NCBI GenBank assembly: GCA_014860225.1
Contig: JACZKE010000063.1
Location: forward strand, 22,477 to 86,476
Direction of reading: 5' to 3'
DNA from: Desulfuromonadales bacterium
GTDB lineage: Bacteria; Desulfobacterota; Desulfuromonadia; Desulfuromonadales; BM103
Length of the DNA: 64,000 bases
The translations under genes and the position numbers were made by a program. The notes below the pieces were generated by a model. The model did not search any database. It was not told the DNA's origin and saw only the letters and a program-made list of their open reading frames with translations. Positions 50,125 to 58,797 of the stretch are shown here, in pieces; the stretch's first letter is position 1; every line of letters starts with the position of its first letter.

Positions 50125-50565
50125 TTATACATTTTTACTTCTGTAACTCAGTTTGACAAGCGAATAACAACCTCCTAAAGCGACAATAATAATGCCTAGG
50201 CCTATTATTGCCAAAGGATCATATTTTTCTAGATCTAGTAAAATGACCTTCCGAGAAACAGCAATAACTGCTACCAATAAAACAACTTCTGCATGTATAA
50301 TATTATCTTTCAAATACATTTCTACGGTCTCTACAAGCTCGAATCCAATGAGAATAATGAAAAAGAAACCAAAGATTCTAAACAATTCATCTATTTCAAG
50401 AAAAAGCACATCATCTGTCGGATCGAATAAATCTAAATAGAGAGTTATACCGAGCTCTATTATCGAGATAGCAACAATTATTGTCATCAAAACAAGAACA
50501 AAAAACGACATCCAGTTTTTTGCTGTATGAATTAAAGAAACAGCTTTATCCATAATTTTACTCAC
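50125..50565 (-). CDS. PsiE-family (phosphate-starvation-inducible E-like) membrane protein
   Basis: 146 aa, 4 TM; ..IGFELVETVEMYLKDNIIHAEVVLLVAVIAVSRKVI.. PsiE-like pattern. Confidence 0.55.
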   Translation of the reverse strand: MSKIMDKAVSLIHTAKNWMSFFVLVLMTIIVAISIIELGITLYLDLFDPTDDVLFLEIDELFRIFGFFFIILIGFELVETVEMYLKDNIIHAEVVLLVAVIAVSRKVILLDLEKYDPLAIIGLGIIIVALGGCYSLVKLSYRSKNV

Positions 50566-50836
50566 TAATTAGATACTCCTATTTCTGTATAACATGTGAT
50601 TCTATATGCGCTAACGCTAGACATTGCTCGGCAGGTAGAATGTTAAGGTTTGTGATTAAAGTTCTTATGTTCAAAGTTCTTCCAAGATGAAACTTAAGAA
50701 ATATTGAAGAACAAAATCCGAGTTAAGAGTCACAGACCATAAACACAAAAAGCCCCCGATTCTTACGGATGGCCTGTAGTCATCTTTCGTCGTACCCCCT
50801 TCATTATCAGATACCCACACAAATAAGATGTTTCCA

Positions 50837-51006
50837 ATCTACAGCAATCGAAGTGCAAGGTCAAAGAGATGTGTTTCTTATTTATGCTATTGCATTGTAT
50901 GGAGGGTGTGAATATACCTGGGACAATATTTCTTGCTGCCCCTGCAATGTAAGAAAGCCCCCGATCCGAAGATTGAGGGCTCGTTTTATAATTGGTGATT
51001 TATAAG
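50837..51006 (+). repeat. CR-X copy 2 (3' part is a CR-2 unit)
   Basis: ATCTACAGCAATCGAAGTGCAAGGTCAAAGAG...CTGCTGCCCCTGCAATGTAAGAAA + GCCCCCGATCCGAAGATTGAGGGC + TCGTTTTATAATTGGTGATTTATAAG. Confidence 0.75.
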
Positions 51007-51097
51007 ACACTTAACGTCAAAGTGAAATACCGCTAACCAGGGGACGCGGTACCGATTCAAGGCAGGCTATCGAGTCAGAGGAGTTGCCTCGACTGGC

Positions 51098-52429
51098 CTA
51101 TTCGGTACTATAGTGAGGATCTTCCTCATCGTATTCGTGTAACTTCAGGAACCACTTCTCCGCTACAAAAACAAGGCCTAGTCCGATCAGGGAAATCCAA
51201 GCCACGAAGATGTCGGATTGAGCCTTTACCCACAAAAATGCGCTAAGGACCACAACATCGAGAAAAATCGCAGTGATCAGCACCCAAATCTTTGCCCCTA
51301 CCTCCTCGCGCAAGTGCTTGAAGACGCCCCAGTGGATGCAAATGTCCATAACGATATAAAAAACCGCCCCAATTGAAGCGATACGGCTGAGGTCGAAAAA
51401 GATCGTAAGCAACATCGCGATGAAGACAGTGTAAATGAGCGTGTGCCGCTGCAAATTGCCGGGAAGGTTAAAATGCCTGTGAGGTACAAGCTGCATGGAT
51501 GTGAGCATCGCCAACATGCGGGAAACTGCAAAAACGCTTGCAATGGCGCCTGAGACTGTCGCAATGATCGCAAAGCCAACCGTAAACCATGCCCCGTATT
51601 GGCCAAAAGCCGGGCGCGAAGCCTCGGCCAGCGAATAGTCCTTTGCTGTTACAATTTCCTCAATCGATAAATTCGCTCCCACGGCAAGGGCGACAAAGAC
51701 ATATAACAGGGCGCAAATAAAAATGGAGAGGATAATGGCTCGGCCGACGTTCTTTTTCGCGTCCTTCAACTCGCCACCACTGTTAGTTATCGTTGTAAAG
51801 CCTTTATATCCCAAGATTCCCAAAGCCACCGCGCCGAGGAAATCCGCTGCGCCAGTTTTTACTGGCTCGACCGAAACACTCTCGAATGACCAACCGGTCA
51901 CCCAAAGACCACCAATAGCCAAAACAGCCAGACCTGCGATCTTGACGAAAGCCATCACGAATGAAAATGTTTGAATGAATTGGTTGCTTAAAATGTTGAT
52001 TACCAAAGCGAACAACAGCAGGCCGACACCGAGCGCCGGTATTAGCCAATCAGACTCTCCCGCATCAAAAGCCTGGAGGAAATAGGTCCCGAAGGTTCGG
52101 GCAACAAGGCTCTCATTGATCACCATCGAAAAATACATCAGCAGGGCACAGGCCCCCGTCATAAGACCGCGCCCGTAGGCTTTCTTGAGGAACATGGCAA
52201 TCCCCCCTGCAGAGGGGTATTTCTGTGCCATCTTGACGTAACTGTATGCACTGAAACTCGCGATGGCCGCAGCGAAAAGAAAGGCCAGAGGAAACAACGT
52301 TCCGGCGAGTTCAGCTATTTGTCCAGTTAGGGCAAATATACCAGCGCCGATCATGACGCCGGTACCCATCGAAACCGCTCCCCAAAGGCTCAACGAATCT
52401 TTGTTCTTTGAATGTTCGCTTTTCTCCAC
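51098..52429 (-). CDS. APC-superfamily amino acid/polyamine permease
   Basis: 443 aa, about 12 TM; N-terminal ..SLWGAVSMGTGVMIGAGIFALTG.. APC signature. Confidence 0.85.
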   Translation of the reverse strand: MEKSEHSKNKDSLSLWGAVSMGTGVMIGAGIFALTGQIAELAGTLFPLAFLFAAAIASFSAYSYVKMAQKYPSAGGIAMFLKKAYGRGLMTGACALLMYFSMVINESLVARTFGTYFLQAFDAGESDWLIPALGVGLLLFALVINILSNQFIQTFSFVMAFVKIAGLAVLAIGGLWVTGWSFESVSVEPVKTGAADFLGAVALGILGYKGFTTITNSGGELKDAKKNVGRAIILSIFICALLYVFVALAVGANLSIEEIVTAKDYSLAEASRPAFGQYGAWFTVGFAIIATVSGAIASVFAVSRMLAMLTSMQLVPHRHFNLPGNLQRHTLIYTVFIAMLLTIFFDLSRIASIGAVFYIVMDICIHWGVFKHLREEVGAKIWVLITAIFLDVVVLSAFLWVKAQSDIFVAWISLIGLGLVFVAEKWFLKLHEYDEEDPHYSTE

Positions 52430-52820
52430 TTCTGACCCCTCTCACTATTTTTTTCAGGGCGAGTTGCAGTGACCAAAACTGCTCAAACTTTCCGCTAATA
52501 AAATGAGTTGCCCCGTATCTTGCTGCAGGGCAGCAAAAACAATTTGACACTCACAACGATAACAGTTAGAGGGGAAATTGCGAATAACCCCCCATCCAAA
52601 AATCAGAAAGGGAAGGCGCTGGTCGAGAAGTAAAGACTGGACGAAAAGCCGTTGGAGGGTTGATCATGAGACAATTCCTTGGGTTGCCAGGGAGACAAAA
52701 TCCGCCTTTCACTGAGGCAGCCTGAATTATTTTCACATTCAGGTCTCAAAGGAATGTGTCTCAAAAGTTATGTCGGTAAATTGATTAGATAAACATTTAA
52801 TGGACAGGGTAATCTTAAAA

Positions 52821-52932
52821 TCCTGCAATCCAGGAAACAGACGGATGCCTTTATTCCGTCCTCGCAGTGGTGCAATGCAGGAATCGAGCAATCGGCTTTA
52901 ATCCGTCCTATCAGCCGTGATCTTTAATAATT
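52821..52932 (+). repeat. tandem R-core mini-array (3 cores separated by 12-nt spacers)
   Basis: TCCTGCAATCCAGGAAA | CAGACGGATGCC | TTTATTCCGTCCTCGCAGTGGTGCAATGCAGGAAT | CGAGCAATCGGC | TTTAATCCGTCCTATCAGCCGTGATCTTTAATAAT. Confidence 0.7.
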
Positions 52933-52955
52933 GATCTTTACGCCTAGCAAAATAC

Positions 52956-53695
52956 TCAAACTCCAAATACTTTGAGAAACAAATCTGTCACACCTTCTAA
53001 CCCCCGCTTGGGGAAACCACTCTTCTTTCCCGAGTATGGCATTTCTTGGTATATGTAAAAGCGTTTTTCTCCAGAGAAATTATCGTTCAACAATTCACGC
53101 TTGCCGAGTAAGTAGGCAAGGAAAGTTTCACTACGTCGTGCGGAGTAAGCAAGGTTCGTACTGAAGCCTATAGTAGCTGCTTGGTTAATGGATCGCCCGC
53201 TATCTGCTTGTTCAATCTTAATCCCATGGCAACCCTGAACAATCAGTTGTGCCGGTCCGTGGAACGCAAGGTAACGCAATTGCAGGGTTAGCCATGCATG
53301 CAGGCTGTTCAGTTGCCAGTGGGACGTTATGTGGATAGGTGAGGCTTTGTGTTGAACAATGTTAACAAGATTGTGTGGTTGCATCACAAGCGCAACCCCC
53401 TGAGGGATGGACAAGATTCCGATCTCACTGAGAGACTCTTTGGTTGCAGAGATGACGGACATTTGGGGCAGTCAATGTCATTCTGCCGGAATCGTCTTAT
53501 GAGAGAGCTTTTCCTAAACAGCCGATGCAGGCTAAGCAGGCTGTGGTTGATTGGCGTGACGACACTGGCCGGCTTTGGTCCGTCCCGGTCGCTCTGCCGA
53601 AGGAAAACGGCATTGCAAATACCGGACAGCCCTTGAGTCTGGTATATAAAATCCTGCCGGCGGGTCAAGTAACTGTTAGACTGCAACCGTCTCAA
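52956..53695 (-). pseudogene. unknown gene, apparently split by a frameshift near 53384-53462
   Basis: 168-aa ORF (52956-53462) and 103-aa ORF (53384-53695) on the same strand overlap by 79 nt in different frames; family not recognised. Confidence 0.3.
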
Positions 53696-53762
53696 TAATC
53701 ACCACTTATAACGCACGAAAGCCCTCATCTACGGATCGGGGGCTTTTCTTACATTGCAGGAT
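53687..53762 (-). repeat. CR-2 copy (reverse orientation)
   Basis: Reverse complement: TCCTGCAATGTAAGAAAAGCCCCCGATCCGTAGATGAGGGCTTTCGTGCGTTATAAGTGGTGATTATTGAGACGG. Confidence 0.8.
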
Positions 53763-54187
53763 CAACAAAACTTTCGCATTTCGGCCAATTGGAACAACTC
53801 GAAGCTCTGCGAGAGGATAAATAGTAAATTGGATGACTGGATTCGAGCCAGCGATTCCCTGCTCCCGAAGCAGAAGTGATCCGCTCGAATGAGCACTCTT
53901 TCCTCAGTGCGCTCATTTACCAGATGGGACGTATCCCAAAGGCGTTCACGTTTGACGTCAACGAACCACTTCCTCAGGTGTAGTAATCGGCACTTGGTCA
54001 GATAGTGTCTGGTTATCAGGGACTAGAAGCCGGCCTTGAATCAATTCCCCATTATATTTAACTACAGAATGCCTTCGATATACGGCATTTGTTGACATAT
54101 TGATAAATCGGAGCTTACTGTAAATGCCAAAATTAATTGCGAATTTTAATTGGCGAGTCAAAACCTACAAATTAGGCCATCTTTTCT

Positions 54188-56368
54188 ATGCGCGGGGCGG
54201 CAGTCATGGATAACCCAGAAACTACAACAATAGAGAGCAAGGAACTGCTTAAAAAGGCTACTGCTGCTGCTGAAGCGTTACTTAGAAAAGCCGCTGACGC
54301 TTCGGAAACGTTGCTTAATAAAGCTACTGAGACCTCTGAAGCTTTACGATGTGCCGCTGCTGAGACTGAGGAAGGGGTACATACCAACTCGATAGAGGCT
54401 GCTGATATGCTTCTCCTAGCTGCATCTAGGGCTTCAAAGGCTTTATATGCTGATTCGGCTGAGGCCGCTCAGCTCTTACTCTGTACAGCTGCAGAGGTTG
54501 CGGATACTGCTGAAGCTGATGAAAATAATAAGGCGTCGATCGCTGAAGCTGTTGAGAGTGCTAGAGAGTTACTCTATACAGCTGCTGATAATGCTAAAAC
54601 CTTGATCGCTGAAGCTGTTAAGACGGCTGTCAAATTACTTGGTGATACAGCCGTGGAAACTGAGCGGCTACGTCGCAACGCCGTTAATTGTTATTTGGTG
54701 GAATTGCGCAACAAGGCAGAAGCGGCACTGATTGAGATCACCTCTGAAGCAGAGAGCGCAATGATGGCGATGGGTTCAAAAAGCTTAGTGCATGAGTTAC
54801 GGGTTCAAAAGTTAGAACTGGAGATGCAAAACCAGGAATTGCAGGATTCGTCCGCGGAGGTGGAAAAGTTACAGGAATATTTCGCCGATTTTTATGATTT
54901 TTCCCCGACAGGGTTTGTTAGCATTGACCTGAATGGCGCAATTAACCATACCAATATCACTTGTGCAAAACTTCTGGGCAGAGAGCGTTCCCAGTTGATA
55001 GGAGCCATCTTTGCTTCTTTTGTGACCATGGTTGACCGGCCCGTTTTCAACAACTTTCTACAGCAACTCTTTGAGGGCGGAACTAGGCAAACCTGCATAT
55101 TGTCATTGTATGACAGAGAGCAGACTCGTATATTTGTGCAGATGGTGGGAACACTTTCTCCTGACAAACAATCATGTCGAGCAGTGCTGATAGACCTCAC
55201 CGAGCAACGGCAAAGGGAAGAACAACTCCGCCAATCACAGAAAATGGAGGCGATAGGGCAGCTCGCTGGTGGCGTCGCCCATGATTTTAACAACATCCTC
55301 TCGGTTATCATAGGGTATGCCAGCTTGATGCAGATGGATAAACAGCTTGATGACCCCCAGCAAGAAAGGGTCAAGGCGATTGCATCCTCCGCCGAGAAGG
55401 CAGCTCAGCTGACCAAGGGGTTGCTGGCTTTCAGCCGCAAACAGGCCATGGTTCTCAGAAACTCCAACCTTAACGATATTGTACTGCACGTGGAGAATTT
55501 TCTTGCCAGGATTATCGGTGATGACATCAACCTCACCTCAATTCGCCATGCGCAACAATTGCCGGTCAATGTTGACTCTGGGCAGATCGAACAGGTTTTG
55601 ATCAACCTGGCCACGAATGCCCGTGATGCCATGCAAAATTGCGGGTCGCTGACCATAGAAGCAGGGATGCAGGAGATTGGTGCATCATTTGTTGGAAAGC
55701 ATGGGTATGGCGAACCTGGCCGCTACGCCCATTTAAAGGTATCCGATACAGGCAGCGGGATGGATAAGGATACCTGCAACAAGATATTCGATCCATTCTT
55801 TACTACCAAGGAGGTTGGCAAGGGCACCGGTCTTGGCTTGGCCATAGCTTACGGAATTGTAAAGCAGCACAACGGCTTTATCGAAGTATACAGTGAACTG
55901 GGTCAAGGCACGACTTTCAGGATTTATCTGCCTCTTATTGAATTAGAACAGCCCGTACGAGAAGTGAATGTAGCACTGCAGCCACCACAAGGAGGTACCG
56001 AGACTATCCTTGTTGCAGAAGATAATGCAGACGTGCGCAAACTCGTGGTAACCGTCCTGACAAAATTCGGATACGACGTAATCCAAGCCATTGATGGACA
56101 AGAAGCTGTCGATATGTTTGCTGCACATCGTGATCGGATACGCTTGATCCTAATGGACATGATTATGCCGAGAAAGAACGGGAGGGATGCTTATGAAGAG
56201 ATCATCCGAACCCACTCGGTAGGCGTAAAGGTATTGTACTTGTCAGGATACACAGCTGACTTTATCCAAAACCGCGGGATATCTGAAGAAGGGATTGAAC
56301 TATTGATGAAGCCGGTACAACCGTTGGAATTGTTACGTAAGATTAGGGAGATGCTGGACTCAAAGTAA
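54188..56368 (+). CDS. hybrid sensor histidine kinase/response regulator (Ala-rich helical N-region, PAS, HisKA, HATPase_c, REC)
   Basis: 726 aa; H-box ..[11 protein letters not shown].., N/G boxes ..[10 protein letters not shown].., ..DTGSGMD.., ..GKGTGLGLA..; C-terminal receiver ..[16 protein letters not shown].. Confidence 0.85.
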   Translation: MRGAAVMDNPETTTIESKELLKKATAAAEALLRKAADASETLLNKATETSEALRCAAAETEEGVHTNSIEAADMLLLAASRASKALYADSAEAAQLLLCTAAEVADTAEADENNKASIAEAVESARELLYTAADNAKTLIAEAVKTAVKLLGDTAVETERLRRNAVNCYLVELRNKAEAALIEITSEAESAMMAMGSKSLVHELRVQKLELEMQNQELQDSSAEVEKLQEYFADFYDFSPTGFVSIDLNGAINHTNITCAKLLGRERSQLIGAIFASFVTMVDRPVFNNFLQQLFEGGTRQTCILSLYDREQTRIFVQMVGTLSPDKQSCRAVLIDLTEQRQREEQLRQSQKMEAIGQLAGGVAHDFNNILSVIIGYASLMQMDKQLDDPQQERVKAIASSAEKAAQLTKGLLAFSRKQAMVLRNSNLNDIVLHVENFLARIIGDDINLTSIRHAQQLPVNVDSGQIEQVLINLATNARDAMQNCGSLTIEAGMQEIGASFVGKHGYGEPGRYAHLKVSDTGSGMDKDTCNKIFDPFFTTKEVGKGTGLGLAIAYGIVKQHNGFIEVYSELGQGTTFRIYLPLIELEQPVREVNVALQPPQGGTETILVAEDNADVRKLVVTVLTKFGYDVIQAIDGQEAVDMFAAHRDRIRLILMDMIMPRKNGRDAYEEIIRTHSVGVKVLYLSGYTADFIQNRGISEEGIELLMKPVQPLELLRKIREMLDSK

Positions 56369-56510
56369 ATTTTCTTATTTATCACGATTGGCAGGACGAA
56401 AAAGTGCGTATTGTTGATAGAGATATATAGAAATATCGTGAAAGCACAAATTTATGGCCACCTGGATTGAACCTAGGTGGCCATTACGACGTTGACGTAA
56501 TTTTACTTAT
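56369..56510 (-). repeat. CR-1 copy H (reverse orientation)
   Basis: Reverse complement: ..CAGAATAAGTAAAAT..TGGCCACCTAGGTTCAATCCAGGTGGCCATAAATTTGTGC..ATATCTCTATCAACAATACGCACTTTTTCGTCCTGCCAATCGTGATAAATAAGAAAA. Confidence 0.8.
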
Positions 56511-56830
56511 TCTGATGTTTCGATCAAATGAGTGCTAGGGTCTCTGAGCTGCTTTTGGCTTCTTAATTGATTTTGGTTGCCTTGCATCTGTTGATATTCC
56601 GACCGACTTGTAGTAATCCCATTACCCTGACGATACTGGTATTGGTTTTGTTGTTTGTATTGGTACTGATGCGTATTCCCTGCTTGCGACATTCCTGAGC
56701 CAAGGCCACTACCGTTACAGAAACCTCCTCCTTTGCCTCCACCGCCCCTTGCTAATGCAAGTTCTGCCCCTGTGACAGTCATCAAGAATGTTGCGATAAT
56801 TCCAATGGTGATAATTTTTAGGGTCCTCAT
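56507..56830 (-). CDS. small secreted Gly/Gln/Tyr-rich low-complexity protein
   Basis: 107 aa; signal peptide MRTLKIITIGIIATFLMTVTGAELALA; GGGGKGGG then QYQYKQQNQYQYRQ repeats; strong AAGGAGG SD. Confidence 0.5.
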   Translation of the reverse strand: MRTLKIITIGIIATFLMTVTGAELALARGGGGKGGGFCNGSGLGSGMSQAGNTHQYQYKQQNQYQYRQGNGITTSRSEYQQMQGNQNQLRSQKQLRDPSTHLIETSE

Positions 56831-56904
56831 TTGTTCCTCCTTTAATAGCTTTTTTTGGGGGCCATCTGATTACTTTGCAGCCTTAGACGAAACAAATATT
56901 AAAG

Positions 56905-57022
56905 GGTTTACATTTTTCTTACCGACTGAAATTCTGCCGCGTTACTAAATTTCACGACTGCCAGGACGGATTAATTGCGGGATCAAATTCTTAGATTGCA
57001 GGATTTGTAGGAAAAACTGAAT
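56905..57022 (-). repeat. R-core cluster (about 4 cores, reverse orientation)
   Basis: Reverse complement: CCTGCAATCTAAGAAT-11 nt-ATTAATCCGTCCTGGCAGTCGTGAAATTTAGTAAC...CAGTCGGTAAGAAAAATG. Confidence 0.65.
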
Positions 57023-57097
57023 AATTGCAGTAAAACAGCGGGAAAACATATGGAATAACAAAGAAGACTGTTTTGCGCTCCCTTTTTCGCCTAAGAT

Positions 57098-57769
57098 TTA
57101 TCGCCCACCACCAGGAGGACGCGGCATTGTGCCCGTTACGCCGGCCGTCAAGGTAAAGCGCATGGCCTCCTCCATGCTCATATCCAGGGGGCGGACCGCA
57201 CTGCGTGGCATCAGGACCGCATAACCCCCAATCATATAACTCAGGGGTAGATAAACCAGGATGCTATCTTTTTCTCGAAAATCTTCAGGCATGTGTTCCG
57301 AAATTGCCTGAGTGACAAATCCGATCACTTGCATGCCGGTATCCCCGATAGAGACGGCCACCACCTGCTTGAATTCTTTTTTTCGCGTCGGTGAGAAATA
57401 GTCAAAAAAATCGCGTATTGCTCGATACACGGATTTAATCACGGGTGTGTGGTAAAAGAGTTGCTCCCCTTTGGCAAACAACCGTTGCACCACGTAGGCT
57501 TGCATCAACAGCCCCACCACGAACACCACGACCAAACCGGTGATCAATCCCATACCGGGCCAGTACAGGTGTTCGGGAAGCATCAATCGAATCACGTTGC
57601 CCAATACGGACTCTGCCGACACCGCCAGCCAGTAGATGAGGTACAGTGTTAGCAATACCGGCAGGATAGTAACCAACCCAGTAAGAATGTTTCGGCTTAT
57701 AAATCTCACTATCTGGACGTCCTTCGTTTGAGGGGTTATTGAACGCTGCTTGCTTTCCCTGTTCAGCAA
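57098..57769 (-). CDS. DUF502 domain membrane protein
   Basis: 223 aa (TTG start, uncertain); ..ILTGLVTILPVLLTLYLIYWL.. DUF502 N-terminal signature. Confidence 0.65.
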   Translation of the reverse strand: MLNRESKQRSITPQTKDVQIVRFISRNILTGLVTILPVLLTLYLIYWLAVSAESVLGNVIRLMLPEHLYWPGMGLITGLVVVFVVGLLMQAYVVQRLFAKGEQLFYHTPVIKSVYRAIRDFFDYFSPTRKKEFKQVVAVSIGDTGMQVIGFVTQAISEHMPEDFREKDSILVYLPLSYMIGGYAVLMPRSAVRPLDMSMEEAMRFTLTAGVTGTMPRPPGGGR

Positions 57770-57831
57770 GAGAAATGACGAACACTCATCGTAAATAATT
57801 ATAGGTGTCTTTTTCTACCCATCAATCAGAC

Positions 57832-57983
57832 ACTCAAAACCTTCGGTCAGAAGATCGGGGGGTTTTCTAATTTATCACTACTGATGAGACGAAAACGGGC
57901 ATGTTATTGATAGAGACATTTAAGACGACAAAATGATGGCCACCTGGATCAAATCTGAGTGTCCACTTTCTTATGAGTCAGTA
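57832..57983 (-). repeat. CR-1 copy I (reverse orientation) with 3' CCCCCCGATC-type element
   Basis: Reverse complement: CTGACTCATAAGAAAGTGGACACTCAGATTTGATCCAGGTGGCCATCATTTTGTCGTCTTAAATGTCTCTATCAATAACATGCCCGTTTTCGTCTCATCAGTAGTGATAAATTAGAAAACCCCCCGATC.. Confidence 0.85.
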
Positions 57984-58045
57984 CATTAAGGACTTGGGTG
58001 ATAAAGACGACATGTGTCACCCATTTTTGCCTAGCTCCTGAGAGA

Positions 58046-58687
58046 TCACAAGAGGGCCTTAAGCTCACGATTGAAAATTAAGATGAATTTAGCAATTGTT
58101 TCAACAGATGTTAATTTTTCTTTTGAGTCATCGGTTAACCAGGTAACGAAGTCTTCGTTGATAGATGTGACGATCTTCTCGGTATCAAAGTCCGTGAGGT
58201 GATCGAGTACATACTTGGCAGTGGTGTTGATGCCCAGGGATAGCCGAGTTTTCAAGAAGGTTCTGAAAATTAATCGCCCTATCGGGGTGCGGTAGTATGT
58301 GGCGAGAGGGTCTGTGACCGTCCCACAGTTGCGGCAAACAATATCGAAGTATTGTTCGATCTGAGCATGATCGATCGAATCTTTGCTGTCATTTTCCGTT
58401 GTGCTTGTAGGCAGAAATGCTGCAGGGATCGGCAGTCCATGTTCTTTTAGCAGTTTAACAACAGCTTCGGGGTAAATAAATGTCCCTGTGAGGAACGGCT
58501 CTGATTCGCCACGATGGTCCATAATATGAACCACCAATACGTGAAACATTTGCTCGATGTTGTCGTTTCGTTCGATGGATGGTAAGTCGAATTTACGCAA
58601 CGCGACAGATATGTTTTTCGGAATGCCGTAATATTTATCATGTTGAAACACTGTCAAAAGGTCTGACGCAAAAAAGAGATCTTTCAT
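58046..58687 (-). CDS. hypothetical protein
   Basis: 213-aa ORF, no family recognised; one CxxC (CRNCG). Confidence 0.45.
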   Translation of the reverse strand: MKDLFFASDLLTVFQHDKYYGIPKNISVALRKFDLPSIERNDNIEQMFHVLVVHIMDHRGESEPFLTGTFIYPEAVVKLLKEHGLPIPAAFLPTSTTENDSKDSIDHAQIEQYFDIVCRNCGTVTDPLATYYRTPIGRLIFRTFLKTRLSLGINTTAKYVLDHLTDFDTEKIVTSINEDFVTWLTDDSKEKLTSVETIAKFILIFNRELKALL

Positions 58688-58797
58688 TCCGGGCCCCAGA
58701 AAAAGAGGAAAAGCAACTGTATCACCTTGTTGATGTCTTTAATAGAAAAGGACTCCAACAAATTGGCCAGAGAGGGAGAGTTCCCTGAAAGCCCCTA

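Noticed and set aside
37771-57983. CR-1/CR-2 repeats as integron attC sites
   Set aside because: There are no inverted R''(RYYYAAC)/R'(GTTRRRY) core sites at the ends. The terminal similarity is direct (TAAGAAA at both ends), not inverted. Gene orientation is mixed, and no intI or attI is in the window.
37771-57983. The repeats as a CRISPR array
   Set aside because: Spacing between CR-1 copies is 0.9-7 kb and contains real genes. No cas genes are present. Only the 112-nt stretch at 52821-52932 has a repeat/short-spacer pattern, and it is reported separately as a curiosity.
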